Positions 44,315 through 53,817 of a stretch of DNA of 64,000 nt are shown here, piece by piece (the first letter of the stretch is position 1; each line of letters opens with the position of its first letter). Origin of the DNA: a virus. The DNA is taken from the IMG/VR virus record IMGVR_UViG_3300045988_055837; one strand, given 5' to 3'. Made by a program: the position numbers and the translations under genes. The notes beneath the pieces were generated by a model, which was not told the DNA's origin, did not search any database, and saw nothing but the letters and a program-made list of their open reading frames with translations.

Positions 44315-45289
44315 TTAGCCCTTAATTAGAAGCTCCAAGTCATGAACAATAAGGTCGATTTGTTCAGCTTGCTCAGGAGTACATTCTCCGACTTTCTTTC
44401 CCCTACCAAGATACTTATCAACAATAGCGGTAATCTTACCGGCATTAGACTGATTAGCAGACATCAATTCGCCAACCAATTCTTGGAAACGAGCATTTAG
44501 TCGGTCAAAATCATAAGTTACATCTTCTGTAACTACCTGAGTAGCTTCATTAGAAATAAACTTACCACCAGTCTCTTCTGCCTGCTTGTCGATAGCTTCC
44601 GCAATTGCATTTACTAAGTTATCATAGGTAAACTCAATAGAGTTCGGGATATACTTGAAACGAGAACCAGCTACATAACGAGGAGTGCCTCTCATAAAGA
44701 GACGAGTCTGAACGCCCTCGTCAGTATTTACGGAAGTAGAATAACCGATGATGTCGCAAGTTCTCTCGCAAATCAGACGACCTCTCTTATCAAGAGTAGG
44801 AACGATTTGGTTATACTCGTTACCCTCTTCATCCTTAAATACCTTATCAGTAGAGTGGGAAATCAAAATCAGACCATAATTCAACTGAAGAATCTTGCGG
44901 ATCGCCTCGTCAAATTCGGTACCAACCATGGAATAGCCCTTACCATAGGGTAGATCCGCGATGGTATCAACACCTTCACGATTGCAGACATACTTCTCGC
45001 AATAGCTGTAAGCAATATCTGCGGTGTCAATAACAATGGTCTGGAACTTTTCCTGTACTTCTGGAGTTTTCAGCTCTGTAAAGAGCTTCTTAAATTCGCC
45101 CCAGCTATTGATAGGCTGGGCATATACACCAGGCAACGCGTTATAACCCTTCTCAAAAGCGAGAAGAAGCGCGCCGGGAAATTTACTGGCAATCGTAGTC
45201 TTACCAGACTTAGGAGTGCCATAGAATAAAACGGAATATCCTCTTAAATCTCTTGATACTTCATGTGGTTTAAGGTCAAGCAAACTCAT
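44315..45289 (-). CDS. Sak4-like RecA-fold ssDNA-annealing ATPase (AAA_24)
   Basis: YGTPKSGKTT Walker A and VIDTADI Walker B. Confidence 0.65.
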   Translation of the reverse strand: MSLLDLKPHEVSRDLRGYSVLFYGTPKSGKTTIASKFPGALLLAFEKGYNALPGVYAQPINSWGEFKKLFTELKTPEVQEKFQTIVIDTADIAYSYCEKYVCNREGVDTIADLPYGKGYSMVGTEFDEAIRKILQLNYGLILISHSTDKVFKDEEGNEYNQIVPTLDKRGRLICERTCDIIGYSTSVNTDEGVQTRLFMRGTPRYVAGSRFKYIPNSIEFTYDNLVNAIAEAIDKQAEETGGKFISNEATQVVTEDVTYDFDRLNARFQELVGELMSANQSNAGKITAIVDKYLGRGKKVGECTPEQAEQIDLIVHDLELLIKG

Positions 45290-45326
45290 AATTATCTTTC
45301 TCCTTTAATTATTTTATTTATAATGA

Positions 45327-45358
45327 GGAAATGAAAGGGGTAGATAACTACCCCTTAT
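45327..45358. terminator. Hairpin aaggggtag-ataa-ctacccctt between the SSB-like and Sak4-like genes
   Basis: Seen in sequence, with a T-rich flank. Confidence 0.4.
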
Positions 45359-45362
45359 TTAA

Positions 45363-46319
45363 TTAGAAGTTGTAGTCGCCCTTCGCAGGAGCCGCAGTTG
45401 CCTTAGAGGCACTACCCGCGGCCGCGTTACCACGAGAAGCCTGATACTCGTCCTGACGCTTCTTAATCTCAGCAAGATGAACCTCACGAGCGGTCATCAT
45501 CTCGCCCAGTTCAGAAGCCAACAAAGTATCTTCGCTATCCCACTCATAAGTCTCAGGCTGCGCCCAGTTAATCACAAAGTCACGCTGAGAAGTACGAGTT
45601 TCCTTTACAACAGCTTCACCAAATGCGCTCTCTTCCTCGGTCTTGCGTACAATAGTTTTGGATACCTGAATACCCTGAACTCTGGTGAAGACCGGAGAAC
45701 TAGAAGAAGCGCCGAGATTTTCGAAATAATCGAGAGCCTTAGCAGGAGCATATGGCTCATAAACGCTAAACTCAACAGGAAGCAGAGCATTGCGGAAGTC
45801 AAACACGCAACCCTTAACAATTACCTTTTCGGGAGTTTCCTTCTCTTCATCGGCCTCAACACGACGGACATTAGTAATCACCATATCAGTGTTGAAAGTT
45901 GCACGACTCTTAGGCTCGCACAGTTCCTGTACCTGATGTACGAAGCCTCCCTCGTTACGACGGACAGACACCAGATTGCCATCCTTATCATACCACTCAT
46001 TTAGACCAATGGCAGTATCAATACGGACCTTACCTGCGTTCTCTTTGCCGTGTTCCATTACAGAACCAATCTTGCCATCAATGATAGATTGCAGAACATT
46101 AAAGGTGTTATTAGGCTTGCCCTTAGCGGTCACCGCAGTTACATAAGTGAAATGCACCTGCACAACATTGAGCATCTCGTCATCAGTTGCCACGCTAAGA
46201 GTACCACTAATAAACTCAGTACCGGGATTCTTAGAGTTGGGGCCGCTCTCCTTCATTTCCAGCTTGTGCTCGTAAACATAACCTTCGACATGGGATTCAT
46301 TCTTCATTTTCTTACTCAT
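45363..46319 (-). CDS. Putative ssDNA-binding protein with a C-terminal ...GDYNF tail
   Basis: Position upstream of Sak4. SSB-like C-terminal tail. Weak. Confidence 0.3.
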   Translation of the reverse strand: MSKKMKNESHVEGYVYEHKLEMKESGPNSKNPGTEFISGTLSVATDDEMLNVVQVHFTYVTAVTAKGKPNNTFNVLQSIIDGKIGSVMEHGKENAGKVRIDTAIGLNEWYDKDGNLVSVRRNEGGFVHQVQELCEPKSRATFNTDMVITNVRRVEADEEKETPEKVIVKGCVFDFRNALLPVEFSVYEPYAPAKALDYFENLGASSSSPVFTRVQGIQVSKTIVRKTEEESAFGEAVVKETRTSQRDFVINWAQPETYEWDSEDTLLASELGEMMTAREVHLAEIKKRQDEYQASRGNAAAGSASKATAAPAKGDYNF

Positions 46320-46692
46320 TGTTCAAATTCTCCTTATAAGCGTTAATATCAAAATTTTTGCCCTTTTCCGTCAAGCTATAAATGACAGGATTCTGGCCAT
46401 ATTTATCTACAAACCCATCAGATACGAGTTTACGAATAGCTCCAGATACTTTGCGAGATGAAATAACCATTCCGTCTGCAATATCTTTTGCTTTCAAACT
46501 CGTAGCATTACAAGTCTGTAAATATTCAAGGATTGAAAGTCCACTTTCTGTGAACATGGGTTTCTCCATACCTTGCTGAGCAAGGAGGAGATTATAGACA
46601 TCTTGTACTTCATCGGGAAGTACAACTGGCTCCTTGCAATTCTACACTAGCCAGTCGAAGTAATCAGTAAATGCTTTGTACTTATTATTCAT
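46312..46692 (-). CDS. Winged-helix (MarR/PadR-like) transcriptional regulator of about 126 aa with 1 in-frame TAG
   Basis: Track ORF 46312..46569 extends upstream through TAG to ATG 46692. Helix-turn-helix segment SSRKVSGAIRKLVSDGFV. Confidence 0.5.
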
Positions 46693-46747
46693 TTAATCCA
46701 TTTCCTTACCTTTTATACATATATAATAACATAAAATTAAAGAAAAA

Positions 46748-47266
46748 TCAACTGACCCTATCATACCGCCAAAATTGATATTTGATGTCGTTATATGAGG
46801 CCATTGAGTCTTCCTCAATAGCATTCCATTCTTTTGATTCATCGAGATTAGGGAAAAAGGTATCAATATTATCATGACTTGCATAGATTTTTGTTACATA
46901 AACTCTATCGCAATAGGGGAGAAGAGCATTGTAAATCTGTCCTCCACCAATAACAAAAATATCCATATCACAAGCCTTAATGTAATCAAGAGTTCCCTCT
47001 AATGGCATTGCAACAGTTAGATTTCCAAGAATAGAAATCACCCCATTTGAAACCATTGAGTTAGAAACAATAATATTGATACGGTCTGGAAGCCTTGGAA
47101 GAGTTTCCTTCTTAGGAAGACTCTCCCATGTATTGCGTCCCATTACTACAACATTATATTGGGTCAGCTCTTTAAAATGTTTTAGATCAGCTGGGATATG
47201 TTCTAATAGTTGACCTTGATAGCCAATCCCCCAATTCTCGTCTACCGCAACAATAGCAGAAATCAT
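46748..47266 (-). CDS. folA: Dihydrofolate reductase
   Basis: MISAIVAVDENWGIG...VVMGRNTWESLP. Confidence 0.85.
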   Translation of the reverse strand: MISAIVAVDENWGIGYQGQLLEHIPADLKHFKELTQYNVVVMGRNTWESLPKKETLPRLPDRINIIVSNSMVSNGVISILGNLTVAMPLEGTLDYIKACDMDIFVIGGGQIYNALLPYCDRVYVTKIYASHDNIDTFFPNLDESKEWNAIEEDSMASYNDIKYQFWRYDRVS

Positions 47267-48114
47267 ATGCCTAACTCCAACTTTAACTGCGGTTTCATGG
47301 GAGAGTAATTCTCTATCGTAAAATCATCAATGGTCATGTCATAGAAATTAGTTTTCTCAGGATTTAGACGCAATACAGGATTCTTGCAAGCATCATCGCC
47401 AAAGAACATACTATTGAAAAATCTTGAAATCATTTCATGTGCAGCATCCATATGACGGTCATAAATCTGTTCATTAGCCACTACATGACTAAATACTCCA
47501 GGTTTATAACCAGTATGACGAGCAATCATCATCAAGAGCGCTGCATACTGGATTTCATTGATACCACCGGGACCAGAAGCGGTAAGCATATCGCCGCTAC
47601 GCTAAACCAGCATCATATCAAGATATTCTCCACGAACATTCCAGATGGTTAGAAACGCACAAGGTGCCAATCCCGCAGTTTCACGAAGATCAGCTTCTTG
47701 CCATAAAGAAACTACCTTGCGGCGACCATATGGATCATTTTCAATATCCTTAATCAAATTATTGATTAAGTCATATCGACTTACTGTTGCTCCATAACGC
47801 TGACCGATCGTACCATCCCCAATATCCCAGTCACCCCACCAATTAACGCCCATTTCTTCCATCTTAGCGATTTCATTCGTAGGCTTTTGATAGATAGTGA
47901 AGATTTCCTTGATACCAGTCTTCCAAGCCATCGGCCGTAGGGTACAAATAGGAAATTCTCCTTTGGACAAATCATAAGTGCGGAAATTATGATTTACAGA
48001 GAGAGTATGCGCGGGAGTACCATCGGCGTAATGCGGTCTTGGGTTAATATCCTTATATCCATTATCAAGAATAAGATTGATTGTTTCAACCATATAATTA
48101 TCTGCTTTATTCAT
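47263..48114 (-). CDS. thyA: Thymidylate synthase, 283 aa, with one in-frame TAG at the invariant Gln of the YQRS motif
   Basis: Track ORFs 47602..48114 and 47263..47589 join as ...EYLDMMLV-TAG-RSGDMLTASGPGGINEIQYAALL, aligning to E. coli [26 protein letters not shown]. Confidence 0.9.
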
Positions 48115-48426
48115 TCAGTTATCGTCTCCCACAGTATTTGTGTATCCTACAATGTTGAATTGATTGAGCCAGCTATCTAGTTCATCAATAACAGCAATAC
48201 ATTTCATACCTCTAGCTTTTGTTAGAAAATATCCATAGCTAATAAATCCTAAATTTTGCGGTAGATTACGCTCTTTTGTTAACTCTAAGAACTTTTTAAC
48301 CATCAGTTGAGGATGTTGAGTAACAAAGAGTACCATCTTATCAGGATACTTATGTGCTAAATCATTTGCGTAGTACATTAAGCTAGTTGTCTTACCTGCA
48401 CCACGACTTGCAATTACCTTAAACAT
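48115..48426 (-). CDS. Small P-loop NTPase of 103 aa
   Basis: Walker A ASRGAGKTT. Confidence 0.4.
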   Translation of the reverse strand: MFKVIASRGAGKTTSLMYYANDLAHKYPDKMVLFVTQHPQLMVKKFLELTKERNLPQNLGFISYGYFLTKARGMKCIAVIDELDSWLNQFNIVGYTNTVGDDN

Positions 48427-49343
48427 TATGAACCTCCACGAGTTCCATTCATACCTAGTTCTTTAGTCTTATAGAACTCAATCCAATAAGTCTCTCGTTC
48501 ATTTAACTAATCTCTAGGCACTTCTTCCAAAATCTCAAATATAAAATTATATTGACCAGATTTTTGCATCGCCTAATATAACTTATTAGTCACAGGTCCG
48601 TATGCTAAAGAGGTTTTAATGTGCTGTCTAAAACGCTCTTTAATATCAACAGACTAACCAATATAAGCCTAACCAGTTGTTAGATCGGTAATCTTATAGA
48701 TACCGCATACTTTACCTTTATTAGTGGCAAATAGATGCGTCATAAGAATATCATATGCAGGACGATAATAGGTCTCCCATATTACTTTATCAATGATTTC
48801 CTTTTTCACAAAGTGAATTTGCAAATCACGCAATAGAGTAATATCGTTCAAACTAAATTCATCAATAGCAAGACGATAATAGTCCTAATCTGCGGCAATC
48901 GCTTCTTGGCGTTGCTAAGCCTAGATATAAGACAACTATTTAGCTTCTAATTCGTGAAGTTTGTCTTGCTGATGAGAGATTTGATTAGTTATCTATTGAA
49001 GTTCTGCTAAATGATACTTTTCTTTGGCTTGATATGTTTCATCCAGCTCTTTAGTTTTCTTTTCAAATTGAGCTCTAGCGCTCTCTTCTGCTCGCTACTC
49101 AGCGCTTTTCCGCAACTTATTCGCAGTATCATTCAAAGAATTGACAATTTCATTATGTGATACAATATCTTCTTTTACTTTTGCTAATTCTCTCTATTTC
49201 AATGCAATATCTTGTTCAATGCGTTTATTCTCTTCTTGTCTTTCTTTATTTATCAATACTACCTAAAGCCGATTATTGCGAAGATATAAAACATATCCAA
49301 TCAGCGCAAGAATAACCAAGCCTGATAATATATAATAAATCAT
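48424..49343 (-). CDS. GIY-YIG nuclease domain fused behind an N-terminal transmembrane helix and a ~150-aa coiled coil. About 306 aa with about 12 in-frame TAG.
   Basis: Hand translation. N-terminus IYYILSGLVILALIGYVLYL. C-terminal CGIYKITDLTTGQAYIGQSVDIKERFRQH...NERETYWIEFYKTKELGMNGTRGG. Track ORF 48669..48851 is a fragment. Stop TAA overlaps the ATG of the downstream NTPase. Confidence 0.55.
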
Positions 49344-49392
49344 AAGTAAAAGAAATCGGTAAGAGGCATAATCCTCTTACCGATCTAATTTA

Positions 49393-49656
49393 TTACTCCT
49401 GGGCGTCAGGATCGAAAGCCAAGCCCTTATCAGTCAAGCGAAGATACTTAACTTTCTGATGGGAGCCATCGGCAAGCTCAACCTCAGCGGGCTCACGCAC
49501 ACCATAGTCCTTGCGCTGTAGAGCAGAGGTAAAAATACCATCAACCTGGCGCTTCTCAAGACCAAGAGCTTCAGCCACATCAGCGGCAGTTAGATCCTTG
49601 TCAGTATTGTCCTTTAGATAATCAAAAACCTTACGAGTATTTTCCTTCATAGCCAT
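49393..49656 (-). CDS. Small hypothetical protein of 87 aa
   Basis: Intact ORF. Confidence 0.35.
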   Translation of the reverse strand: MAMKENTRKVFDYLKDNTDKDLTAADVAEALGLEKRQVDGIFTSALQRKDYGVREPAEVELADGSHQKVKYLRLTDKGLAFDPDAQE

Positions 49657-49680
49657 TGTAATAATCTCCTCTAAAATGTA

Positions 49681-49881
49681 TTATTTAATTCTCGATGCAA
49701 TTAAAGCATCAATTTCCAGTAAAGCATTTATCCCATCGGGAAGAGCCATAATCTAGTTAGTTAACTGCATAATTCGGTCTTCTGCGTGGGCTTTTTCCTC
49801 TTTTGAGGAATTTTCATCTTGGTGAATAAGTTCGCATTTATAGATTTCATCTGCGAACCGCTTCATCTGTTTACGGGTCAT
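49681..49881 (-). CDS. Small hypothetical protein of about 66 aa. Not in the ORF track.
   Basis: Ribosome-binding site aaaagga then ATG. One in-frame TAG. Confidence 0.3.
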
Positions 49882-49920
49882 ACAATCTGTCCTTTTACTA
49901 TTGCTTTTCTGAATTACATA

Positions 49921-49967
49921 TATATTATATCAGAAAATATTTTTTAAGTCAACAAAAAATTTCTGAT
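49921..49967. other. Inverted repeat atatcagaaa...tttctgatat (10-bp arms) around a T6/A6 core
   Basis: Seen in sequence at the 3' end of the ligase gene. Confidence 0.3.
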
Positions 49968-51097
49968 ATTACGCAATCTTTTGCATCCTTATCGTCTCTT
50001 TTGCACTTGAAGACGGGATGCCGCAAAGTATGCTCTTTCTTATCAATTTGCATACAATCAAGAGCTACAACATGACCAAGCCACAAATCGGGATTCTCAG
50101 TCATTTCTCTTTTGTTATCATCAGTTAATCCAGAGCTAACTGTACCTAAGTCAACAAGTTCACCCTTATCATTGTATGCACCAATCCTAATCGCGGTTTT
50201 CCAGCCAAGAAAATAAGGCTTGGTTATTGGTCTATAAATATGAGGATTATGCAAATAATCTTCATAATATCGGCCTTCGCTTAACAGCCAAGTATATTCA
50301 CCATCTTGGCTTCGCTCGCCACGCTCTTCCCAGTATTCCCAAGTAGCTAACTCTTTACCGGTATACTCTTTTGTAGCATCACAAAAGCCAGTGCAGATTA
50401 AATCAATAGAATCCATCTGTTTGACTTTGATGGTAGACCATGCAGGTCTTTTTCCGGGAGTATACGGATAGTCTTTCTTCTTTAGAACAGCGCCTTCACC
50501 GCCAGATTTCAAGATACGAGAGATTTCAGCTTCCATATCTTCATCAACGCGGGTGGCAAGTCTTAAAAAACTATACTGCTCAAGATTATGTTTCTTCCAG
50601 ATAGCGGAAAGAATCTTATAGCGCAAATCCGCAGGCGAGTCAATAAGATTGACTGTATCATATGCAATAATATCATGCACATAATAATGGATTGGTTCTT
50701 TCTCTTGTCTCTTGATAGCAAGAGCAGGTAAACACCCCATAATACTTACAGTATCTTTCGATGTACCACCGGGAACATAAATTTCTCCAATGAGAATTGT
50801 TCCTGCGGGAAGGCAGCTCAATGCTTCCTTCAAGTGAGGGACATTGTCACTTTTTTCTGTAAGAATGCCAGATAGTTTACTTACTGTGCGACCAAAAAGA
50901 TAAGAATGATTTTCAGTTTTTACAAACTGATAAAATGCTCCATCAATCTTCTCTTCAAGGAAATATTCCCCATTAGAGCATACTTCAGAGAGCATGGATT
51001 CCTTTCCCGCAGGTAACTTCCAAATGAGCATTGGCTCAATCATTAAGTTTTCCGCTTCAGGATACAACTCATGTATCTTACTTTTATCAAAACTCAT
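49949..51097 (-). CDS. ATP-dependent DNA ligase
   Basis: EEKIDGAF (KxDG adenylation motif I). 382 aa. Confidence 0.8.
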   Translation of the reverse strand: MSFDKSKIHELYPEAENLMIEPMLIWKLPAGKESMLSEVCSNGEYFLEEKIDGAFYQFVKTENHSYLFGRTVSKLSGILTEKSDNVPHLKEALSCLPAGTILIGEIYVPGGTSKDTVSIMGCLPALAIKRQEKEPIHYYVHDIIAYDTVNLIDSPADLRYKILSAIWKKHNLEQYSFLRLATRVDEDMEAEISRILKSGGEGAVLKKKDYPYTPGKRPAWSTIKVKQMDSIDLICTGFCDATKEYTGKELATWEYWEERGERSQDGEYTWLLSEGRYYEDYLHNPHIYRPITKPYFLGWKTAIRIGAYNDKGELVDLGTVSSGLTDDNKREMTENPDLWLGHVVALDCMQIDKKEHTLRHPVFKCKRDDKDAKDCVISEIFC

Positions 51098-51163
51098 TTA
51101 TTGCAAACTCCTTATCCCGCGAGCAGTGACATTAAACCGGCACAAGCAAAAATGCCAAGAGTA

Positions 51164-51344
51164 CAAATAGAACTTATGGTAAATTCTATCCAAAATATCC
51201 TAGACCATTGGGCGGATTTTTCCTCGTCGGAAGGTTTATAAGTTGCATAACAATACTTATACTTAAAGCTATGCACCCAATTCTTACTATCTCACGCAAT
51301 ACAAATGCTACTACAGTAATTAGTCCAACTAAAAATGCACTCAT
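51164..51344 (-). CDS. Small two-transmembrane-helix membrane protein of about 60 aa. Not in the ORF track.
   Basis: Hand translation MSAFLVGLITVVAFVL... Confidence 0.25.
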
Positions 51345-51402
51345 ATAATAATTAAATTCTTTCTTCTTATATAAATATATTATAATAATTAAAAAGAAAA
51401 GT

Positions 51403-51434
51403 CAACTAAGAGAAAGAATGGGTATACCCATTCT
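51403..51434. terminator. Perfect 32-bp palindrome agagaaagaatgggtatacccattctttctct just after the topoisomerase A-subunit stop
   Basis: Seen in sequence. Confidence 0.5.
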
Positions 51435-51439
51435 TTCTC

Positions 51440-53803
51440 TTATACTTGCGTGATAGAAATCACTTGTTCGTTGTTCTTCAGCATGATATTGCCCATAGAA
51501 ATTCTACCAAGAGTGGGAATGTCTTTACCACTGATAACAATAGATGACTTGTCACCATTAATAAGGAGATTATCGCTTTCTTTGATAATCTCCGCTCCGG
51601 CGATTTCTCCCTTATAGCAGAGTAATCCCTTGCCTCCACGATTCTGTAAAGTAAGTTCATCAATCTGCATTTTCTTACCCAAGCCATTCTTGGAAACAAT
51701 AGCGAGATAATCTGCGGGATCCACGATCGGCAATGCTGCGATTACACTGTCGCCATCATTTAGTTTCATGCCCTTAACACCTTGTGCTGTGCGCGAAGAG
51801 ATAGGCATTTCCGCTGTTCCAAATCGAATGGTCATGCCATTCTTTGTTACCAATAACATCTGCTCTTGATTGATAAATGTAACATCTGCGAGTTCATCGC
51901 CGTCTTTAAAGCTGATGGCGATAATGCCAGTACGCTTCATCTTATCATATTCATCAAGAGGCACTTTCTTGATAGTGCCATTCTTCGTGGCAAAGAAGAT
52001 AAACTTCTTGTCAGTATCTCTAGTCATCGTGGTAAATGCCATAGGCTTCTCACCATTCTCAAACTCGATCAAAGTAGAGATGGGCGTGCCATTAGAGGCG
52101 TTTGTACCTTCCGGGATATTATCCACCAATACACGATACATCTTACCCTTAGAGGAGAATACCATCAAGGTATCTTGTGTATTAGTTTTCTGCGAGAAGA
52201 GAACAATATCACCAGTTTTAACGCCAGTAGTATTACGCTTTTGAGCCTTAAAATTCTTAGCATCAATACGCTTAATAGTGTTCTTCTTTGTCACTACAAC
52301 TACGCAATCCTTCGGCTCGACGACAACTACTTCTTTCTCTTGCTTTGGAATGTCGGTGTTAAGCAGTTTAGTTCTACGAGCATCGCCATAAGTGTCTCTT
52401 AACTGAGTAATCTTAGAGATTAAGACCTTATTTCTTACTTCCTTATTAGTTAAGATTTCAATACACTTAGCAATAAACTCTTTCTTTTCTTTTAACTCAT
52501 TGACTAATTCTTCTTTATCAATACGAGTTAATTTACCGAGCTTCATATCGAGAATTGCATTTGCTTGCACTTCATCAACAGAGAGGAAGTCCATTAGCTT
52601 GATTCTCGCATCAGCGCGTCCCGCAGACTGCTTAATCAATGCAATTACTTCATCAATCTTATCAACTGCGGCAATCAGACCTTCAAGGATATGCGCTCTT
52701 GCTTCAGCTTTCTCTTTATCGAAAGTAGTAGCGTTGACGAGGACTTCTTCTTGATGGTCAACATACGCATGGAGTAAGTCAACCATAGAACATAACTTAG
52801 GAGTACCATTAACGATATAATTCATGTTATAGGATAAAGTAGACTGTAAATCTGTCAGCAGGAATAACTTATTCAATGCTTTAGATACAGACACTCCATC
52901 TTTTACATGGAATACCAGCTTGTTCTGACCGATGTTGGATTCATCATCGAAGTCATCAATCAATTCACTCAAAACATCAATATTCTTCTCAATCTGTTCC
53001 TTAATCTTATTACGGTAGGTGCGATAAGGAATACTGGTGAAAACGATATCCTGTCCATCAATCTCATAATCACCCTGAATTTTCAGAGAGATATTGGATT
53101 TACCGGACGCAAAAGCTGCCCGCACATCCTTAATGTTAAGAACTGTACCACCGAGAGGGAAATCTGGACCGGGGATATAGGACAACACTTCATCAATAGT
53201 CAGTTCGCCCTTCTCAATTAGGGCAATAGCAGCATTACATACCTCTGTCAGATTGTGCGGGGCAGAGTTATGCGCCATAGAAATGCCGATTGCCTGACGA
53301 CCGTTACAGATTGCATTAGGAAATAGTGAAGGAAGAACGATAGGTTCTTGAAACTCGCCATTATAAGTCTCTTTAGTAGGAACAACATTCTTACTAAAGT
53401 CATTCATCATCAGGTCAGTAAACTTAGAAGGCTTAGCCTCAGTATAACGAGAAGATGAGAACATATCGTTATTTTCTTGTGTACCAAGCTGTCCTTGTCC
53501 AGTTACAAGAGGATAGCGCATGAGGAACTCCTGCGCCATCTTCCGCAGAACACCATAGCAAGCAATATCGCCATGGAAGTAGGAGGTTGCCAAAGTAGAA
53601 CCAATGATAGCATTACACTTCTTAGTCTTACTCTTGTTATCCATCTTTAGATAATCTTCCATCGTCCAAAGAATCTTTCGCTGAGCACTAAGGAGACCAT
53701 CTTCCGCGGCAGGAATCGCACGATCGGTTAGAACTTCTTCTGCATAAGTTAGAAAGTTATCTTTAGCTTCATCAAGAATATCAACTTCTGTAATCAAACT
53801 CAT
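51440..53803 (-). CDS. Type II DNA topoisomerase A subunit (GyrA/ParC/T4 gp52-like)
   Basis: AIPAAEDGLLSAQRKILW. Active-site SSSRYTEAK. Confidence 0.8.
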   Translation of the reverse strand: MSLITEVDILDEAKDNFLTYAEEVLTDRAIPAAEDGLLSAQRKILWTMEDYLKMDNKSKTKKCNAIIGSTLATSYFHGDIACYGVLRKMAQEFLMRYPLVTGQGQLGTQENNDMFSSSRYTEAKPSKFTDLMMNDFSKNVVPTKETYNGEFQEPIVLPSLFPNAICNGRQAIGISMAHNSAPHNLTEVCNAAIALIEKGELTIDEVLSYIPGPDFPLGGTVLNIKDVRAAFASGKSNISLKIQGDYEIDGQDIVFTSIPYRTYRNKIKEQIEKNIDVLSELIDDFDDESNIGQNKLVFHVKDGVSVSKALNKLFLLTDLQSTLSYNMNYIVNGTPKLCSMVDLLHAYVDHQEEVLVNATTFDKEKAEARAHILEGLIAAVDKIDEVIALIKQSAGRADARIKLMDFLSVDEVQANAILDMKLGKLTRIDKEELVNELKEKKEFIAKCIEILTNKEVRNKVLISKITQLRDTYGDARRTKLLNTDIPKQEKEVVVVEPKDCVVVVTKKNTIKRIDAKNFKAQKRNTTGVKTGDIVLFSQKTNTQDTLMVFSSKGKMYRVLVDNIPEGTNASNGTPISTLIEFENGEKPMAFTTMTRDTDKKFIFFATKNGTIKKVPLDEYDKMKRTGIIAISFKDGDELADVTFINQEQMLLVTKNGMTIRFGTAEMPISSRTAQGVKGMKLNDGDSVIAALPIVDPADYLAIVSKNGLGKKMQIDELTLQNRGGKGLLCYKGEIAGAEIIKESDNLLINGDKSSIVISGKDIPTLGRISMGNIMLKNNEQVISITQV

Positions 53804-53817
53804 AAAATCACTCCTTA

